This document shows positions 1-10,271 of a stretch of 64,000 nt of DNA, piece after piece. A program made the position numbers and the translations under genes. Under the pieces are notes generated by a model that searched no databases, was not told the origin of the DNA, and was given only the letters and a program-made list of their open reading frames with translations. Every line of letters begins with the position of its first letter. The first letter of the stretch is position 1. The stretch covers positions 1,203-65,202 of the forward strand of contig JBGSPL010000004.1 of assembly GCA_041738615.1 (NCBI GenBank), read 5' to 3'. The DNA is from Patescibacteria group bacterium. GTDB taxonomy: Bacteria; Patescibacteriota; CPR2; UBA1875; CAIMLA01.

Positions 1-38
1 TTGCGGTTGCAGTTGGATTGGCAATGAGGGAGAACTAG
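1..38 (+). CDS. pilM: 3' end of type IV pilus assembly protein PilM (partial)
   Basis: Frame 3..38 reads AVAVGLAMREN*, matching the typical PilM C-terminal AVAxGLA(L/M)R; directly precedes pilN. Confidence 0.7.
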   Translation, partial: AVAVGLAMREN

Positions 39-596
39 ATGAGTAAGATAAACTTGATTCCAGAGGTTCGCCAAAAGAAGATCAAGATTGCGCAAACCAA
101 TAAGATGGTTACTTCCGCAGCCGTTATTCTAGCCGTTGCCACCGTGGCGGCAGCGTTGTCTCTCGCTGCATATGCAGCCGTTTTGACGACCCAGAAGAGC
201 ATGATAGAGGGTAATATAGTAAAGGTTCAAGATAGTCTAGACACGATGAAAGACCTAGAGACGACCGTAGCGAATCTAGAAAATGGCTTGTTGGAGATCA
301 AAGGGATAATTGCAGGCGACAAAAATTGGAATAATCTCATGGGGCACTTTGAAAAATTCACCCCATCGGACATTCAGATTACGAACTTTGCGGTCGAAGG
401 GGGACGGGTTACACTGTCGCTCAAAGGAAAGGAAGTGAAATCCATTGACCGTTTTATCACGTCATTCTCCAATGCCAAGAATCCAGATAAGAAGAACTAT
501 TTTAGTGACGTTGTGGTCAATGGATATAACAAAGATGAAGCCAGTGGTGTAACGTTTACAGCAAAGTTTAACTTGAACGAGGCGGTAGTATGGTAA
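39..596 (+). CDS. pilN: PilN-like type IV pilus alignment protein
   Basis: N-terminal INLIP motif, one TM helix, coiled coil, position after pilM. Confidence 0.85.
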   Translation: MSKINLIPEVRQKKIKIAQTNKMVTSAAVILAVATVAAALSLAAYAAVLTTQKSMIEGNIVKVQDSLDTMKDLETTVANLENGLLEIKGIIAGDKNWNNLMGHFEKFTPSDIQITNFAVEGGRVTLSLKGKEVKSIDRFITSFSNAKNPDKKNYFSDVVVNGYNKDEASGVTFTAKFNLNEAVVW

Positions 597-1147
597 AAGA
601 GCAAGTAATCAAATACAACTATGCTGCTATTGTTGCGGGCGGGACGGTGGCAGCGCTACTATTTGCCGGCATCTTCGTGATGAAACCACTCATAGAAACA
701 GTAGGAAAAATGGATAAGGAAAAGCAGGTAAGGGCAGCGACGCTAGCCGACATGAAAAAGAGAGAATCAGTCCTACTGGGTCTAAAGGACCAGGAAGACC
801 AACTTACTAAGGACTCTGAAACAATCACAAACGCCCTACCAACACAGGCCGATATCGGACGACTGTTCATCCAGCTCGACACACTGGCAAAAGAAAGTGG
901 AGGAACACTAAAGTCGGTATCGCAAACGAACAAGCAAGAAGCAAGTAAAAGTACTTTTAGCGGCGTAATTGAGAATTCATACTCGATTCCAGTGGAGATG
1001 CCAACCTACTTTGCGCTTAAGGAGTTTATTTCCAACTCCAAGGACGCTCTGAGGCTGCTTTCTATCGAAAATTTGAAGATTAGCTCCACGGATACGGGTC
1101 AGCTGTCGGTGGGGATTACTGCTAAATCATATGCGAGGAGCAAGTAA
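590..1147 (+). CDS. pilO: PilO-like type IV pilus alignment protein
   Basis: TM + coiled coil + ALP...L..LA...G pattern; overlaps pilN stop. Confidence 0.75.
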   Translation: MVKEQVIKYNYAAIVAGGTVAALLFAGIFVMKPLIETVGKMDKEKQVRAATLADMKKRESVLLGLKDQEDQLTKDSETITNALPTQADIGRLFIQLDTLAKESGGTLKSVSQTNKQEASKSTFSGVIENSYSIPVEMPTYFALKEFISNSKDALRLLSIENLKISSTDTGQLSVGITAKSYARSK

Positions 1148-1407
1148 TGACGAAAAAAGAGATAGGCTTAGGAGTAGTCTCAGGAGTTGTACTCATCGCA
1201 GCGGTTTACTTTATGTATACGATGCTTTTTCCGAAGACAGTGACGACAACAAAATCAAAAAAACCTGGCACAGCTCAGACTGAGGTTAGTGCAATTACGG
1301 GTAACTTTGACGAAGAAACATTGAGTAAGATTAAGAAATACAAGGACTATGGGGAGGCATCACTCGACAATATAGGTCGAGTAAATCCATTTGGTCCCCT
1401 GAACTAG
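1147..1407 (+). CDS. Small single-TM pilus-associated protein (PilP-like position)
   Basis: N-terminal TM, C-terminal GRVNPF motif, operonic after pilO. Confidence 0.55.
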   Translation: MTKKEIGLGVVSGVVLIAAVYFMYTMLFPKTVTTTKSKKPGTAQTEVSAITGNFDEETLSKIKKYKDYGEASLDNIGRVNPFGPLN

Positions 1408-1409
1408 AA

Positions 1410-3179
1410 GTGTATACCAAAGACGAGCAAAAATTTGAGGATGTACTCACACAACTCAAGTTGATTACGCCTGAGCAAATTGACCTGATTAAAATAGAGA
1501 GTGCACGTTCAGGTAAAACCTTTGAAGATGTTCTCTCAGAGATGAAAATCATTTCACTCGAGAATATTGTAAAGGCTTCAGCTGTCAGCCGTGGACTTGC
1601 ATATGTCGACCTAACTAAATTCAAGGTAGATAGCTCATTGCTGAAGCATATCCCAAAAGACCTGTCCGAAAAGTTTCAGGCAGTTCCTTTTGGCATCTCT
1701 GACAACAAGATCAATATAGCCATGATCGATCCAAATAATGTTCAAGCAATTGATTTTATTGAGAAAAAGAGCAAAATGACCGCCGCAGCATATATGACTT
1801 CGGCCGAAAGTATCCGTAACGTACTTGACCAGTATCAGGATATAAGTTCTGAGGTAAGTAGGGATTTGGGTGCCAATCAGACAGATAGCGCTCCAGAGAA
1901 GGGTTCTGGGTCCGGAGACAACGAGAATAATCTGATTCAGGACGCGCCAGTGACGAGAGCAGTAAATACTATTCTAGACTACGCGGCCCGCTCAAAAGCC
2001 TCTGATATCCACATAGAACCCAGAGAAAAAACCGTGAAGGTCAGGTACCGAGTTGACGGAATCTTGCATGATGAGATGAATCTCCCCCTACACATACACC
2101 CGGCCTTGGTATCTCGCATCAAGATACTCTCGAACTTGAAGATTGACGAGCATCGAGTACCTCAGGACGGACGTTTTGACCTAAAGGCAGAGGGCAAAGA
2201 CATCGACCTTCGTGTTTCTATCTCGCCGACCATCTTTGGAGAAAAAATAGTCATCCGTTTGCTCGATAAAACTGGGGGGCTCATAACTCTCGACGACCTC
2301 GGCATTTATGGACGAGCGTTCAAAATCATTTCTGCGGGTGCAACCAGACCCCACGGCATGGTGCTCTCCACAGGGCCTACTGGTTCCGGTAAGACGACTA
2401 CCTTATATGCTCTTTTAAATAAAATGAATAAACCGGAAGTAAACATAGTCACACTGGAAGACCCCGTAGAATATCAAGTAGACGGTGTCAACCAGATTCA
2501 GATTAATAATGGCGTAGGACTTACTTTTGCCTCTGGACTCAGATCAATTTTGCGTCAGGACCCCAACATCATAATGGTCGGGGAAATACGTGACGCCGAG
2601 ACCGCTAACCTAGCCGTGCAGTCTGCTCTCACCGGTCATACTGTACTTTCTACGCTACATACAAACAGCGCCTCTGGCGTGCTACCTCGTTTACTGGATA
2701 TGGAAATAGAACCATTCCTTATTGCAAGCACGGTGAGTACAGTTATCGGACAACGTCTGGTACGTAAAATTTGTACCTCTTGCAAGGAGCCTTACGAAGC
2801 CCCAGAGAATCTAGCGCAGGCAATCAGGAGGACAGTTGGCAAGTATCTTCCTAGCAAGACACACCCAGACAAGGCCAAGGAAGCCATGGTTGGCTACACA
2901 GGGTTACCATATGCCGAAGATACTAAGATCACTCTCTATAGAGGCAAGGGTTGCGACCAGTGTATGAATACTGGTTACCTCGGTCGAGTGGGTATTTTTG
3001 AAGTTTTCGCCATGTCGCCCGTCATGGAGAAGTTGTTGCAACAGCACGCTACGACGTTAGATATACAAAATCAGGCAATTTCGGAGGGGATGGTTACCAT
3101 GAGGGAGGACGGCTTCCTAAAAGCACTCACAGGGGTTACTAGTATTGAGGAAGTTGTCGCCAAGGCAGCCGAAAACTAG
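1410..3179 (+). CDS. pilB: Type IV pilus extension ATPase (PilB/GspE family)
   Basis: ASDIHIEP, PQDGR, Walker A GPTGSGKTT, LRQDPNIIMVGEIRD, two CxxC motifs. Confidence 0.95.
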   Translation: MYTKDEQKFEDVLTQLKLITPEQIDLIKIESARSGKTFEDVLSEMKIISLENIVKASAVSRGLAYVDLTKFKVDSSLLKHIPKDLSEKFQAVPFGISDNKINIAMIDPNNVQAIDFIEKKSKMTAAAYMTSAESIRNVLDQYQDISSEVSRDLGANQTDSAPEKGSGSGDNENNLIQDAPVTRAVNTILDYAARSKASDIHIEPREKTVKVRYRVDGILHDEMNLPLHIHPALVSRIKILSNLKIDEHRVPQDGRFDLKAEGKDIDLRVSISPTIFGEKIVIRLLDKTGGLITLDDLGIYGRAFKIISAGATRPHGMVLSTGPTGSGKTTTLYALLNKMNKPEVNIVTLEDPVEYQVDGVNQIQINNGVGLTFASGLRSILRQDPNIIMVGEIRDAETANLAVQSALTGHTVLSTLHTNSASGVLPRLLDMEIEPFLIASTVSTVIGQRLVRKICTSCKEPYEAPENLAQAIRRTVGKYLPSKTHPDKAKEAMVGYTGLPYAEDTKITLYRGKGCDQCMNTGYLGRVGIFEVFAMSPVMEKLLQQHATTLDIQNQAISEGMVTMREDGFLKALTGVTSIEEVVAKAAEN

Positions 3180-3243
3180 TCTCAAGTTACTAGCTAGGGT
3201 TCGCACTTTCATGATAAGATAGGGGTAGAATACAGGAGGGAAA

Positions 3244-4308
3244 ATGCCGGAACTAAAAATTGAAACACTACTCGAAGAAGTGGTAAAGAAGAATGCTTCA
3301 GACTTACATTTGACTGTAGGCGCGAGTCCTGTACTCCGCATTGATGGTGCCATATTCCCTATGACCCAGTTTCCGGCTCTCGAAGAGAAAGACATAGAAC
3401 AGCTAATTTTTTCAGTGGTTGACGACATTCAGAAAGACATACTACTAAAGGATAAAGAAGTCGACTTTTCCTTCGCCTTCGGTGATATAGCCCGTTTTCG
3501 TGCAAATGCATATCATCAAAAAGGTAATGTGGGCTTGGCTCTCCGCTTGATTCCGGCAAAGATAAAGAGCACAGAGGAGCTGGGGCTTCCTCAGATAATA
3601 AACAATTTTACCGACATACCTCGAGGGTTAGTGCTAGTTACCGGGCCAACTGGTTCTGGTAAATCTACTACTCTCGCGGCCATGATAGATAGAATCAACA
3701 CTGCCAAGGGCATGCACATCATTACAATTGAGGACCCTATAGAGTACACTCATAGTCACAAGAAGTCGATTATCGAGCAGAGAGAGGTTCACTATGACAC
3801 TAGATCGTTCTCGGCAGCACTTCGTAGTGCGCTTCGTGAAGACCCAGATGTCGTACTTATTGGTGAGATGCGCGACCTAGAGACGATTTCGGCTGCTATC
3901 ACCATTGCTGAAACTGGTCACCTGGTGTTGGCTACGTTGCATACAAACAACGCGGCGCAGTCTATCGATCGTATGATAGATGTTTTTCCTCCTTACCAAC
4001 AGCAGCAAGTTCGGGTTCAGCTTTCGAATATCCTTCAGGGGGTTGTTTCTCAACGTCTAGTCCCGATGATTGGTGGTGGCAGACAAGCCGTCGCGGAAAT
4101 TATGATAAGTACACCAGCGGTACGTAATATCATCCGAGAGGGCAAAACTCATCAGCTGGATGCTGTAATCCAGACGAGTGCTGACCAGGGGATGATTTCG
4201 ATGGACAAAGCCCTAGTCTCAGCCGTGAAGGCGGGAAATATTACTTCCGAGGAAGCGCGAGGGTATTGTATAGACCCATCCGAATATGAGCGATTGATGC
4301 ATGGTTAA
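3244..4308 (+). CDS. pilT: Type IV pilus retraction ATPase PilT
   Basis: ASDLHL, GPTGSGKST, ALREDPDVVLIGEMRD, AVRNIIRE motif. Confidence 0.95.
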   Translation: MPELKIETLLEEVVKKNASDLHLTVGASPVLRIDGAIFPMTQFPALEEKDIEQLIFSVVDDIQKDILLKDKEVDFSFAFGDIARFRANAYHQKGNVGLALRLIPAKIKSTEELGLPQIINNFTDIPRGLVLVTGPTGSGKSTTLAAMIDRINTAKGMHIITIEDPIEYTHSHKKSIIEQREVHYDTRSFSAALRSALREDPDVVLIGEMRDLETISAAITIAETGHLVLATLHTNNAAQSIDRMIDVFPPYQQQQVRVQLSNILQGVVSQRLVPMIGGGRQAVAEIMISTPAVRNIIREGKTHQLDAVIQTSADQGMISMDKALVSAVKAGNITSEEARGYCIDPSEYERLMHG

Positions 4309-4330
4309 CCTTAGAATGATGAGATAAAGC

Positions 4331-5524
4331 ATGATCACATTTAGTTACAAAGCAAAGAATAGTGACGGAGAATTCGTCAAGGGGCAGATAGAGGCACAGA
4401 ACGAATCCGCTGCTGCAAAGGTACTTAGCGGAAAGAAACTTTTTCCGATAGAAATTTCAATGCAACAGGAGGCCGGACTCAGTATCCTCAACAGAGTTAG
4501 CATGAAAGACAAGCTTCTCTTTACCCGTCAGCTGTCTGCAACCCTTTCTGCAGGATTACCGATAACCCAGGCTTTAGAAACCATAGCCGAACAAACTAGA
4601 GGCAAGGCGCTTCAGCAGATAATCGCTAAGATTGTTGGTGATGTAGAGGGTGGTATGTCGCTATCTTCCTCTTTTGCTCGTTTCCCCCAGGTTTTTACCC
4701 GAATCGACGTGGCTCTCGTGGAATCTGGGGAGGCCAGTGGTACGCTTGACAAGGTGCTGATACGACTTGCGGATAGCATCGAGAAGGATTATAAGATGGT
4801 CAAGAAGGTTCGCAGTGCGTTGGCCTATCCAATGTTTATCCTAGGCGTTGTGGCGATTGTTGTGACCCTGATGACGGTGTATGTGATGCCACAGATGGAG
4901 AAGCTGTACAAGGATTTCAATTCTGATCTGCCGGCCATAACCAGGTCATTGTTGGCAACGAGCCACTTTCTTGCAAATTACGGAGCTTTTGTAATCTTTG
5001 CCATAGTTATGTTGGCAGTTGTTCTACGTTTTTACATCACTACCAAGGCGGGTCGTTATATGTGGGACAGCATCAGACTTAAGCTTCCCATTCTTTCCCC
5101 ATTCTTGAGGAGTCTCTATGCAGCAAGATTTTCTAGAACCATGGCAGGGCTAGTAGGATCGGGCGTTTCTTTGCTGGATTCGCTCAATATCACCGCTGGC
5201 GCGGTGGGAAACGTCTTGGTTGCGGAGGCTATCTATGAGGCGGCGAAGGAAGTAAAGGGAGGCAAACCACTCTCGAAACCACTCCGCGATAGCAGCGTTT
5301 TCTCCCCGATAGTCGCGCAGATGGTCAGCGTCGGCGAGCAGACAGGTGAAATGGACGCCATGTTTAGCAACCCGGCAGATTACTTCGACGACGAGGTAGA
5401 TAACTTTATCAGAAGTATTACTAGCATTTTGGAGCCGTTTATAATCGTGATTATGGGTAGTATTGTGGCGGTTATCCTAGTAGCAGTCATGATGCCAATC
5501 TATAACATTGGTAAGATTTTCTAG
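4331..5524 (+). CDS. pilC: Type IV pilus platform protein PilC (GspF family)
   Basis: Two T2SSF repeats (GEASGTL, GEQTGEM), ALAYP, LEP. Confidence 0.95.
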   Translation: MITFSYKAKNSDGEFVKGQIEAQNESAAAKVLSGKKLFPIEISMQQEAGLSILNRVSMKDKLLFTRQLSATLSAGLPITQALETIAEQTRGKALQQIIAKIVGDVEGGMSLSSSFARFPQVFTRIDVALVESGEASGTLDKVLIRLADSIEKDYKMVKKVRSALAYPMFILGVVAIVVTLMTVYVMPQMEKLYKDFNSDLPAITRSLLATSHFLANYGAFVIFAIVMLAVVLRFYITTKAGRYMWDSIRLKLPILSPFLRSLYAARFSRTMAGLVGSGVSLLDSLNITAGAVGNVLVAEAIYEAAKEVKGGKPLSKPLRDSSVFSPIVAQMVSVGEQTGEMDAMFSNPADYFDDEVDNFIRSITSILEPFIIVIMGSIVAVILVAVMMPIYNIGKIF

Positions 5525-5525
5525 C

Positions 5526-5553
5526 TTGACACGCTGGCACTTAGTTTTATACT
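5526..5553 (+). promoter_or_regulatory. Sigma70-type promoter for the major pilin
   Basis: TTGACA (5526-5531), 16-nt spacer, TATACT (5548-5553); GGAGG ribosome-binding site before ATG 5579. Confidence 0.6.
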
Positions 5554-5578
5554 TATAATTAATAACAACGGAGGAAAA

Positions 5579-6112
5579 ATGACACTAAGAAAAAAACAAA
5601 AAGGATTTACGCTCATTGAGCTCATGGTCGTTATGGCCATCATCGCAGTACTTGCGACATTAATTATCGGTGCTATCCAGCTCGCTAGAACGACCGCAAC
5701 AGAGACTGCACACCGCTCTAACGCAAAAACAGTGCAGACTGCTCTCGAGAGCACTTTTGCAAAGAACCGTCGTTACTGTGACGTTGATACCGCTGCGGCT
5801 GCAACAGGAACAAAAGTTGTCTGCGGTTCCTACAGTCTAGCCGAAATCACAGCTTCCGGTTTGCTGAATACAACACTGTCTACTGGAGTTAGTACTGACG
5901 GTATCTGTAATGTCACAGACGGTATTAGAGAAGGTGGAGGCGCTGTGAGAGTACAGCAGTCATCGTACTCTATATTGACGGCAAATGCAGCCTGTAACGC
6001 ATGGACTTCCTTTGAGGACGTTATCCAGGTAAGCGGCGATGTTGACACTACTAACATGCAACCGACAGGATCCTATGCTTTCACAAATGCTACTTTAGGC
6101 ACAGCGGAGTAG
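5579..6112 (+). CDS. Probable major type IV pilin
   Basis: KKQKG|FTLIELMVVMAII class III signal; own promoter, ribosome-binding site and terminator; several Cys. Confidence 0.9.
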   Translation: MTLRKKQKGFTLIELMVVMAIIAVLATLIIGAIQLARTTATETAHRSNAKTVQTALESTFAKNRRYCDVDTAAAATGTKVVCGSYSLAEITASGLLNTTLSTGVSTDGICNVTDGIREGGGAVRVQQSSYSILTANAACNAWTSFEDVIQVSGDVDTTNMQPTGSYAFTNATLGTAE

Positions 6113-6130
6113 TAAACTATTTTTCAGCGC

Positions 6131-6161
6131 AAGGAGAGGTTACTACGGTAGCCTCTTCTTT
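6131..6161 (+). terminator. Intrinsic terminator after pilin
   Basis: AAGGAGAGGTTAC-TACG-GTAGCCTCTTCTT hairpin followed by T-rich sequence. Confidence 0.7.
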
Positions 6162-6214
6162 GGTTTCTAGGCTCAGACTCGACTTTATAGCCGCTATCAG
6201 ATTATAATTTAATC

Positions 6215-7042
6215 ATGGTATTCATAATCTGCTTTTATATCTTTGTTCTGGGTTTGGTGCTCGGCTCGTTTGTAAACGCGCTAGAGTATCGGGTAGACGA
6301 GAAAATCTCGGTCCGGGGTCGCTCTTTTTGTCCAAAGTGCAAACATCAGCTCTCTTGGTATGACTTATTTCCCGTCTTCTCCTGGCTGTTGCTCAAGGGC
6401 AGATGTCGCTATTGCGAAGAGCCGATATCAGCACAATATCCGATAGTAGAGATACTTAGCGGGCTCTCCTTAGCTACGATGGCGTATGCTTTTGGGATTA
6501 TAGAACAGTTTCAGTTCGCTTTAGGTGGGCAGCTGCAAGATATATATTATTCCATTACATCACTGTTTCTGGTGGCAATAGTTTCTACGATTTTAGTCTT
6601 AGTCGCGCTTCATGACTATAAAACAGGCTATGTGCTATCTAGCTATGTCTATGTTGCTGCTTTCGCAGCGCTGTTGCTTGTATCTTTTACTGGGAATGGC
6701 TATGTTGGGTGGTCAGTGTTATCAAATCACATTTACGCGTCGCTAGGAACAGCTCTGCCTTTTGCAGTTATTTGGGCGTTTTCGCGTGGTAAGTGGATGG
6801 GGGCTGGAGACATCGAGCTTGCTTTGCTGATTGGACTACTCCTTGGTTGGCCGGCTACGTTGGTCTCCATGTACTTCGCATTTATCGTTGGCTCTGTTGT
6901 GGGGTTAATGCTTGTGGCTAACAAACGAACAAAGCTAAAATCAGAGATTGCATTCGGACCTTTTCTTATCGCGGGTGTATATTTCGCTTTGCTTTTCTCA
7001 CAGCAAATAGCCGATGGATATGTTAGAATATTCCTAGGCTAG
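6215..7042 (+). CDS. pilD: Prepilin peptidase PilD
   Basis: GSFVN, RSFCPKC...GRCRYC, MGAGD, IAFGPFL motifs. Confidence 0.95.
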   Translation: MVFIICFYIFVLGLVLGSFVNALEYRVDEKISVRGRSFCPKCKHQLSWYDLFPVFSWLLLKGRCRYCEEPISAQYPIVEILSGLSLATMAYAFGIIEQFQFALGGQLQDIYYSITSLFLVAIVSTILVLVALHDYKTGYVLSSYVYVAAFAALLLVSFTGNGYVGWSVLSNHIYASLGTALPFAVIWAFSRGKWMGAGDIELALLIGLLLGWPATLVSMYFAFIVGSVVGLMLVANKRTKLKSEIAFGPFLIAGVYFALLFSQQIADGYVRIFLG

Positions 7043-7048
7043 GAGGGT

Positions 7049-7714
7049 ATGATTACGATACTAAGAAGCAAGAAGAGTGGTTTCACGATTGTTGAGATCA
7101 TGGTTGTGATGGCGATTATGGCGATGATGTCCGTACTCGGTATTTTGGCTATGGTCGGAATCAACAACAGTGTTATCGCAGATCGGGCAGCAGAGAGCAT
7201 CCTCAATCAGATTAGAGAAGCCCAGAACAAGGCCTTTTCAGTAGCCTCCGTGAAAGACGCGACAACCGGAACGGTCATTTACCCGGTAGCGTGGGGAGTA
7301 ACTGTAACACAGTCGAGTGACGGTCAGGGGATAACACCCTTTTATATCCAAAAACCAAGCGAGGCGAGTGAGGACTTTATTATAACTGAAGTGGCAGGTG
7401 ATACGGCGGTTGCCAGCTACTCTGTCGATGCTATCGAGCCAGAAGGTTTGGAGACAGGTCCCGCCTCGGTTTCATTCATTTACTCGGCTCCTTTTGGAGG
7501 CTACTTTACATCGAGCCAAGGGCAAGCGGATTTGTGCCAAGGAACCGACGCAACCCATTGCTCGACCTTGGACGTGATACCATACGACTTTCAATATTCA
7601 AACGTAGGTAACCCTAACAGCATCAAGGCCAAAGTCGCCGTGAATATTTCATTCCGTGGGGCTACCAAGTCGATTACAGTAGAGAGTAACGGACAGGTGG
7701 GGATAAGTGATTAG
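7049..7714 (+). CDS. Minor pilin (FimT/GspH-like)
   Basis: KSG|FTIVEIMVV signal; IREAQNKA helix. Confidence 0.8.
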   Translation: MITILRSKKSGFTIVEIMVVMAIMAMMSVLGILAMVGINNSVIADRAAESILNQIREAQNKAFSVASVKDATTGTVIYPVAWGVTVTQSSDGQGITPFYIQKPSEASEDFIITEVAGDTAVASYSVDAIEPEGLETGPASVSFIYSAPFGGYFTSSQGQADLCQGTDATHCSTLDVIPYDFQYSNVGNPNSIKAKVAVNISFRGATKSITVESNGQVGISD

Positions 7715-8216
7715 GCGAGGGGAAAGTATAGTAGAGGTAGTGGTCGCTTGTGGCATTTTGTCAATGCTCTTTGCTGGTGTTGCTACGATGATTGTATCCT
7801 CGGTTGCGCTGAACAACGATGCCAGGCTCCGTATGGAGGCTGTTTCTTTGGCTCAGAGTAAGCTGAACTCATATGTGGTCTCCGGTGCTGGCGACTTGCA
7901 GAGCGGTAGTTGTCTTATAAATATTAGTGTGAATGATACCCCAACGTCAGTGAGCGGTGACATCACCCCAGACGCAGAAGGGAATGCTTGCAAGGACGTA
8001 GCAGAAGCTGATCTCGGTCAGTACTTAGAGGACGTTGCGTCCGATAAAACGAAGTGCCATTACATAACGGTACGGAAACCCAGTGTAGCAGAGGGTGCAA
8101 GCAGCGGACTTCTCGGGACCGATGCATTTGTCGTTGTGGAGTCCCACGTTAGGTGGATATCTAGAGGTCTAGGCGCAGAAAGTTATGTCATAAGTAGACT
8201 GCAGGTTGCGAGATGA
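7707..8216 (+). CDS. Minor pilin (PilV-like)
   Basis: RRG|ESIVEVVVA signal with Glu at +5; operon position. Confidence 0.7.
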   Translation: MIRRGESIVEVVVACGILSMLFAGVATMIVSSVALNNDARLRMEAVSLAQSKLNSYVVSGAGDLQSGSCLINISVNDTPTSVSGDITPDAEGNACKDVAEADLGQYLEDVASDKTKCHYITVRKPSVAEGASSGLLGTDAFVVVESHVRWISRGLGAESYVISRLQVAR

Positions 8217-8773
8217 TATTGAAGAGACGAGGCATGACCATAATCGAGCTCGTTGTAGCGATTACTCTATTTACGGTGGTTGTCACGCTGGCAATCGGTG
8301 GTTTTGTAGCTGTATCTAGAATGAAAACGCTGATGGTAGACATGAAGGATACACAACAAAAGGCGCGTTTGATTTACGAAACCGTCTACCGTTTCGCAAA
8401 AGAGGCAGATACAGTATCGGTGTCCCCGAATCAAAGCCAGTTGGTGTTAGACTACTATAACGATCTTGGTGTGCGGGAATTACGGAAGTTTTTTGAGCTG
8501 GGGAGCGGGAGCTCCACTAGCTTTATGTACTATTCTTGCGAAGGTGCCAATGATTTTGTGGCAGACAAGTCTAGCTGTACAAGGGAAGAGTTGCTGGCTG
8601 GGACCAAAACGAGCGCTTATGAGATAACGAAGATAAGTGGTAATGGATATTTTGATTACAACAAGAGTATTCCGCCGACACTAAGCCTTAGTATGGTGAT
8701 TAAGAATACTAGGTCAGATAATGATCCCGAGATAAAGCTAGACAACGTGATTATCCTGGAGAATGTGAAATGA
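8213..8773 (+). CDS. Minor pilin (PilW-like)
   Basis: RRG|MTIIELVVA signal. Confidence 0.75.
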   Translation: MILKRRGMTIIELVVAITLFTVVVTLAIGGFVAVSRMKTLMVDMKDTQQKARLIYETVYRFAKEADTVSVSPNQSQLVLDYYNDLGVRELRKFFELGSGSSTSFMYYSCEGANDFVADKSSCTREELLAGTKTSAYEITKISGNGYFDYNKSIPPTLSLSMVIKNTRSDNDPEIKLDNVIILENVK

Positions 8774-10269
8774 GAAGAGAGGGCGCATCGTTAGTCTGGA
8801 CCGTAATTGTCTGTGGCGTTCTTATGGTCGTAGCAACAACCATGTCTACGGCGATTGTGAAGGAGTCTCAGATGAGTGTCCGGATGGATGATTCTGCTAG
8901 GGCTTATGCTGGGGCAGAGTCGGGTATAACTTGGGCCAAGTGGTGCTTAGCATCTAGGGGTGTTTCGGGCGGGTGTTTTGAAACTAATATGGAAGATTTA
9001 CTGTGGGATATAGATGGCAATATTGGTGTAGGATATGCAAGTGATACCCTAAAGATTATTGATGGCAAGGCGGAAGTTGGCTACAAGGTGACTGTTACTG
9101 CTGGATGCGTACTATCTGAAATTGTGGCGAAAACATGTGTTGGCTCCGATTTTAAGATTCTTAGTAGAGGTAACTCCGGGACGGTGAACCGTAGTATCGA
9201 GTACGCGGTGGGCAAGAGTACCTCAGAGGTGGCTTACGGTAAGGATACGATGGGCGTGCCTCAAACAAAGCTAGACGAAAAGCTGACAATTAACGGCAGT
9301 TTCTCTGCAGAGCTCTACTACTGGCAGCCGGAAGCAACCTCTCTAGATGACAAGATACTCAAGTTCAGAAACGAGGCTGGTACCTCATATGTCGGTGTAA
9401 AATTGCTTTCTAGCGGATTTGATATAGCGTCATCTCATGGTACATTATCGAGCGGGACTACTATCCCCGTTGATAGCTCTACTTTAAGCACCCCTTTTGG
9501 TACTAGAATAACTCTGCAGTATGTCAAAGGTGTTGCCTTCAAGCTCGACGTGTACGCACTCTCACAGGCTACGGGTAAATACCTTTGTGTCGGGACCAAG
9601 ACAGTTCGTTTTGACAGCGGGGCACCAGATCTTGCGGGAGCAGAAAATGCTAGGTTCGGTATAGACACTGCGACCGGAAGTGCTGGGCTCGCAGGAGCAA
9701 TAAGCTACTATAAATACACTGTCGGGTCTGAAATTGGTGCTGTTGCCAACTTCAGATGGTCTGGAATATCGACAACTCCAATCCCAGTAAACCCGCTGGC
9801 GGGTACCGTACAAAGCGATCCTACGGGGGACGTGAACATAACGCGTTTTATCTCTTACCCTAGTACACCTGACAAGCCCACAATTACCGCTACTCAAACC
9901 AGAAGCAATGAAGCAGGAGATGTTGTAGGGACACTAACCCTGACGGCATCGGGAACAGGCCAGAGTACCTACTCTATAGCCCAATCCCTGACAGGATCTG
10001 GAACTTGGGTGGCCTTGCAGGGTACTGGTAACCCTGCGGTTACGGGGACTATTTCTGCTGGTCAGACTCTAAGCTTTAATCTTCAGTCTATCCATCGCAC
10101 GTATACCGGGAACAACAGCTACTACACTTACCCTGCTGTTCAGGTGAGTGGAGCGGCAATCGCGGGACCAATCACCTTCGGTAGGTTCTGTCTGGATGTA
10201 GACGAAGCTGGTAATGGCGCAGTTGCTGACGCAAACTCGACTAGTGGTCAGTGTTCTTATACGCCTTAG
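8770..10269 (+). CDS. PilX/GspK-like minor pilin with long C-terminal extension
   Basis: REG|ASLVW lacking Glu5; ARAYAGAESGI PilX-type motif; Thr/Ser/Gly-rich C-terminal region. Confidence 0.75.
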   Translation: MRREGASLVWTVIVCGVLMVVATTMSTAIVKESQMSVRMDDSARAYAGAESGITWAKWCLASRGVSGGCFETNMEDLLWDIDGNIGVGYASDTLKIIDGKAEVGYKVTVTAGCVLSEIVAKTCVGSDFKILSRGNSGTVNRSIEYAVGKSTSEVAYGKDTMGVPQTKLDEKLTINGSFSAELYYWQPEATSLDDKILKFRNEAGTSYVGVKLLSSGFDIASSHGTLSSGTTIPVDSSTLSTPFGTRITLQYVKGVAFKLDVYALSQATGKYLCVGTKTVRFDSGAPDLAGAENARFGIDTATGSAGLAGAISYYKYTVGSEIGAVANFRWSGISTTPIPVNPLAGTVQSDPTGDVNITRFISYPSTPDKPTITATQTRSNEAGDVVGTLTLTASGTGQSTYSIAQSLTGSGTWVALQGTGNPAVTGTISAGQTLSFNLQSIHRTYTGNNSYYTYPAVQVSGAAIAGPITFGRFCLDVDEAGNGAVADANSTSGQCSYTP

Positions 10270-10271
10270 TA

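Noticed and set aside
5369-5380. PilC NPADY where a helical L is usual
   Set aside because: A single CCG/CTG difference could be a variant or a sequencing error; cannot be judged here
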